DNA of 64,000 nucleotides from Gemmatimonadales bacterium (GTDB lineage: Bacteria > Gemmatimonadota > Gemmatimonadetes > Gemmatimonadales > GWC2-71-9), in contig DASWHL010000050.1 of NCBI GenBank assembly GCA_036398175.1, positions 29,571 to 93,570 of the forward strand. The letters are read 5' to 3'. The position numbers and the translations under genes are program-made. Of this stretch, positions 60,693-64,000 are shown in pieces. The number at the start of each line of letters is the position of its first letter. Positions within the stretch are counted from its first letter, which is position 1. Below the pieces are notes generated by a model. It did not search any database. It saw nothing but the letters and a program-made list of their open reading frames with translations, and was not told where the DNA came from.

Positions 60693-61219
60693 CCACCACC
60701 CGCCTCCTGCGACCGGTGCTGGCTCTCGCGACCTGTCTGCTCGTCGTGACGTGCGCCGACCCCCCGTCCGGTCCGTTGGACGCAGGCCGCGGGGGTCCGA
60801 CGGCCGGGCTCCTCGGCTCCCTCGCCCAGCCGACCGGCCTGCTCCAGTGCTCTCCGCTGCCGTACGATTCGGTGACGCAGGCGATCGGGCCCGAGGGCGG
60901 CGTCGTGCGCGTGGGGCCGCACAAGCTGTCGGTACCGCCCGACGCCCTCGTGGACGTGGTGACCATCACGGCCGTCGCCCCGTCCGAGACCGTGAACCGC
61001 GTCCTGTTTCGACCCGAAGGCCTGGTCTTCGAGCGGCCCGCGCACCTCACGATGAGCTACGCGAACTGCGACCTGCTCGGTGTGCTGCTGCCGAAACAGA
61101 TCGCCTACGTGACGGAGGGGCTCGACATCCTCGAGTACCTGCTCTCGGTGGACCACCCGGCGTCCCGGACGGTCACCGGCCGTCTCGACCATTTTTCCAG
61201 CTATGCCGTCGCGTGGTGA
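60689..61219 (+). CDS. lipoprotein with a ZU5-like beta-sandwich ending in an HFS motif
   Basis: Lipobox LLVVTC; GPEGGVVRVGPHKLSVPPDAL..VTITAV..VLFRPEGLVFERPAHLTMSY...VTGRLDHFSSYAVAW. ATGA overlap with the upstream gene. Confidence 0.65.
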   Translation: MTTTRLLRPVLALATCLLVVTCADPPSGPLDAGRGGPTAGLLGSLAQPTGLLQCSPLPYDSVTQAIGPEGGVVRVGPHKLSVPPDALVDVVTITAVAPSETVNRVLFRPEGLVFERPAHLTMSYANCDLLGVLLPKQIAYVTEGLDILEYLLSVDHPASRTVTGRLDHFSSYAVAW

Positions 61220-62822
61220 GGGTCCCGTGACGTCCTCCGCTCGGCCGGTCCACGAGCCCGGCCTCGACGAATCCCGCGCGGGGGGGGCGTGGCTCGACGA
61301 GGCGCGCGCGCGGGAGCGGACGGGGCGCATCTCCGACGCGATCGCCTGCTACGAGTCGGCCATCGTGGCGGCGGAGCACCGTGGGGAGAATGCCGTGCTG
61401 GCCCAGGCCCTCCGCCGTCTCGGCATCGTGCAGCATCAGCGCGGCGAGTACACCCGGGCGCGCGCCATCTGCCGGCGGAGCTATGACGTGGCCCAGCGCA
61501 TGGGCAACAAGCCGCTCGCGGCCGAGGCGCTGAACACGCTCGGCGCGCTGGATCTCACGACCGGGTCCCTCGAGGCCGCCCGCCGCGCGTTTCTCCAGGC
61601 GCTGGCGCTGGGCGGGTCCAGCCGGGGACTGCGCGCGCGCGTGGAGCAGAATCTGGGGATTCTCGCGAACATCCAGGGCGAGCTGGACGAGGCCCTGGCC
61701 CGATACGAGCGGTCGCTCGACGCGTACCGCGAGGCCGGCGACGAGTTCGGCTGCGCGCTGGCCTATCACAACCTCGGGATGGTGAGCGCGGACCGGGAGC
61801 TGTACGACCAGGCGGAAACCTACTTCCGCGAGAGCCTGGCGATTGCCGCGCGACTCGGGGACGCGCAACTGGAAGGCCTCTGCCTCGTCAACTCCGCCGA
61901 GGTGGACGTGGCCCGCCAGCGCTACGAGAACGCCCTGCAAAACGCCGAGGCCGCGCTGGCCCGCTTCGACCGGCTGGGTGCCCGCGGCCCGAAGGCCGAT
62001 GCGTACCGCGTGATCGGCGTGGTCTATCGCGAGACCGGCCGCCCGGCGCTGGCCGAGGCGCGGCTGCGCTCGGCCATCGAGCAGGCGGTGTCTGCGGGCT
62101 CCGTGCTCGGCGAGGCCGAGGCTGCCCGCGAGCTGGCCTTGCTCTACCAGATGACCGGGCGCAACCCGGAGGCGCTCCGGCAGCTCAACATCGCCTACCG
62201 CTTGTTCCACCGTCTGGACGCCCGCGTGGACCTGGTGGACGTCGGGGGGAAGGTGGCGGAGCTCGAGGGCACCTACCTGGCCGTGGTGCGCGCCTGGGGC
62301 GAATCCATCGAGGCGAGCGACCGGTACACGTTCGGCCACAGTGAGCGGGTGGCGCGCAATGCGGTCGCCATGTCGCGCGTCTTGGGCCTGGACGAGCACG
62401 AGGAGACGACGATCCTGCTCGGGGCGTACCTGCACGACGTGGGCAAGATGCGCGTCCCGCACGAGATTCTCAGCAAGCCGGGGCCATTGACCCCGGAGGA
62501 GCGCGAAGTCGTGCAGATGCACGTCACCTGGGGCGTCGAGCTGCTGGCCGACGTGGACTTCCCCTGGGACATCAAGCCCATCATCCGCTGGCACCACGAG
62601 AAGTACGACGGCAGCGGTTATCCCGACCGCCTCGTCGGCGACGAGATCCCGTTGGGCGCGCAGATCGTCGGGATCCTGGAGGCCTACGACGCGCTGACCA
62701 CCGAGCGCCCGAACCAGCGGGCGCTGCCGCCGGATGAGGCCGTTCGGCGCATCACGGAGTGCCGGGCCTCGTGGTCCGAGCCAGTGTACCAGGCGTTCCT
62801 GAGCGTCGTCACGACCGTCTAG
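61203..62822 (+). CDS. TPR repeat + HD-GYP domain protein (putative c-di-GMP phosphodiesterase)
   Basis: Multiple TPR-like units (ALNTLGALD, AYHNLGMV). HSERVA, YLHDVGKMRVP, RWHHEKYDGSGYPD. Confidence 0.88.
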   Translation: MPSRGEGPVTSSARPVHEPGLDESRAGGAWLDEARARERTGRISDAIACYESAIVAAEHRGENAVLAQALRRLGIVQHQRGEYTRARAICRRSYDVAQRMGNKPLAAEALNTLGALDLTTGSLEAARRAFLQALALGGSSRGLRARVEQNLGILANIQGELDEALARYERSLDAYREAGDEFGCALAYHNLGMVSADRELYDQAETYFRESLAIAARLGDAQLEGLCLVNSAEVDVARQRYENALQNAEAALARFDRLGARGPKADAYRVIGVVYRETGRPALAEARLRSAIEQAVSAGSVLGEAEAARELALLYQMTGRNPEALRQLNIAYRLFHRLDARVDLVDVGGKVAELEGTYLAVVRAWGESIEASDRYTFGHSERVARNAVAMSRVLGLDEHEETTILLGAYLHDVGKMRVPHEILSKPGPLTPEEREVVQMHVTWGVELLADVDFPWDIKPIIRWHHEKYDGSGYPDRLVGDEIPLGAQIVGILEAYDALTTERPNQRALPPDEAVRRITECRASWSEPVYQAFLSVVTTV

Positions 62823-63379
62823 CCTTCGCTCCAGCTCAGCCGGTACCGGCACACCGCCCCACCGCGTGCCCGGCACTCGTCCTCCACCACCGAGACTTTC
62901 TGGCAGCCGCACATCTCGAGCGCCCGGCGGTACCAGCCGATCACCGTGTGACAGTCGGGGGCGCTGAAGGTCTCGGCGTCGTGCGTCGTGAGGATGGCGG
63001 AGGTGTCGCCGGTCTTCTCGTAGACGCGGCGCCCGGTGCGGTAGTACGAGTCGTAGATCTTGGGGGTATAGCCCAGGAAGGCGTGCGGCTTGCCGGGCGT
63101 CAGGTAGGCCTTGTGCGGGCCGGTGAGATTCGTCTCGGCGGACGCTTCGCCGAGTCGCTCGAAGAACTCGAGCCGGCCGCCGCCGAGCACCGTGACGATG
63201 GTGTCGTCGAGGCGCTTGCCGAGGTCGAACGCAAACCAGCCGACGGCCGAGACGGCCCGCAGGGTCTTCTGGTCCTCCTCCGACAGGGCCGCCAGCACCC
63301 GTCGCAGCCCGTCGGCGCCGGCGTGCTGCTCCGCGAACGCGAGCCGCGCCTTCAACACGCTTCCCTTGACTTCCTGCAT
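62819..63379 (-). CDS. DUF2378/TIGR02265-like small protein (V4R-like C-terminus)
   Basis: Start moved to ATG 63379 (RBS GGGAGG); 186 aa; VKGSVLKARLAFAEQHAG..., C-terminal ECRARGGAVCRYRLSW. The family call is tentative. Confidence 0.6.
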   Translation of the reverse strand: MQEVKGSVLKARLAFAEQHAGADGLRRVLAALSEEDQKTLRAVSAVGWFAFDLGKRLDDTIVTVLGGGRLEFFERLGEASAETNLTGPHKAYLTPGKPHAFLGYTPKIYDSYYRTGRRVYEKTGDTSAILTTHDAETFSAPDCHTVIGWYRRALEMCGCQKVSVVEDECRARGGAVCRYRLSWSEG

Positions 63380-63402
63380 CGGGCCTCCCGCGCCGCTGCG
63401 TG

Positions 63403-64000
63403 TCAGGACAGAAGCCGCCGCACCGCAGCGGCCAGCTCCCCCCAGCCAACCCAGGCAAAGAAACCGAGCGTGGCGGCGAGCGCCAGGTTGATGATCCAGC
63501 TGCTCCGGAGATCCGGGCCGATCCAGCCGGTGCGGGTGTTCATCACGAGCAGGGCGACGGCGAGGAGCGGCATGAAGAGCGCGCCGAACACCGCATAGAG
63601 CAACTGGGCGCGCTCGAGCGTGGTCCACAGCACGACCACGGGCACGGTCCCGAGGCACAGCAGGAACGCCCGGTACCACCGGTCCTCCGGTCCGGGCCGC
63701 CGCCGCTGGGTGCCGGCGCGCGCGGTCACGAGGTCGGCGAAGATGTACGGCGCGCTCTGCCAGACGCCCAGCAGGCTCGAGAAGACGGCGGCCCAGAAGC
63801 CCACGAGGAAGATCCACTTCCCGGCCGGCCCCAGCGCCAGCGCCAGCTGGCCCGCCAGCTCGAGGGCGGCGGTGGGTCCCTGCGCGAGCGTCACCCGCGA
63901 TCCGACCACGATCATGGCCAGGCCGAAGACGGCGGTCATGGCGTACCCCGCCGCGAGGTCAATCCGGCTCTCCGCCGCGCCACGCGCGCCGGCCCGGCCG
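63403..64000 (-). CDS. Nramp-family-like metal transporter, C-terminal part (5' end outside window)
   Basis: The frame stays open to the window edge (..RIDLAAGYAMTAVFGLAMIV). WIFLVGFWAAVFSSLLGVWQSAPYIFADL plus further TM helices. The family call is tentative. Confidence 0.5.
   Translation of the reverse strand, partial: GRAGARGAAESRIDLAAGYAMTAVFGLAMIVVGSRVTLAQGPTAALELAGQLALALGPAGKWIFLVGFWAAVFSSLLGVWQSAPYIFADLVTARAGTQRRRPGPEDRWYRAFLLCLGTVPVVVLWTTLERAQLLYAVFGALFMPLLAVALLVMNTRTGWIGPDLRSSWIINLALAATLGFFAWVGWGELAAAVRRLLS

Overview
High-GC (by eye about 70%) bacterial chromosomal segment. It is densely coding: about 57 CDS and 2 tRNAs (Gln-UUG, Ser-GCU). I saw no rRNA, CRISPR, transposase, integrase or phage genes. 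All calls come from reading the supplied translations and the DNA by eye, using motif recall only; no searches were run. The backbone is housekeeping: rpsF-rpsR, pth-ctc-prs, ispE, pdxJ, trxA, rsmI, gltX, glnS, nadA-nadC and recQ. It is interleaved with envelope, peptidase and signalling genes: M1, M19, S8 and M56 peptidases, a GH29 fucosidase, a POT transporter, a Ser/Thr kinase, BlaI/BlaR1-TonB, and a REC-GGDEF/HD-GYP pair. The gene repertoire is compatible with Gemmatimonadota or a neighbouring phylum, but this is a weak inference. Most notable observations: (1) an archaeal-type gatE-gatD pair lies directly upstream of glnS and is bracketed by identical-family GTGCAG heptamer arrays. (2) About half of the intergenic spacers carry short tandem oligomer arrays (7-16 bp units) or palindromic REP/MITE-like elements. 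These belong to at least three recurring families, and some run into coding sequence. (3) A roughly 13.4 kb chain of nine start/stop-overlapping genes contains a DUF4159 / DUF4175-like / TPR / Tat-exported module and a JAB(RadC-like)-DinG helicase fusion. (4) An orphan nine-heme HAO-like cytochrome. (5) A c-di-GMP module with degenerate REC-GGDEF, a ZU5-like lipoprotein and TPR-HD-GYP. Many long ORFs in the track are antisense or shadow ORFs typical of high-GC DNA and were rejected. Several starts were moved downstream of the track start on the basis of signal peptides, RBS or homology onset.
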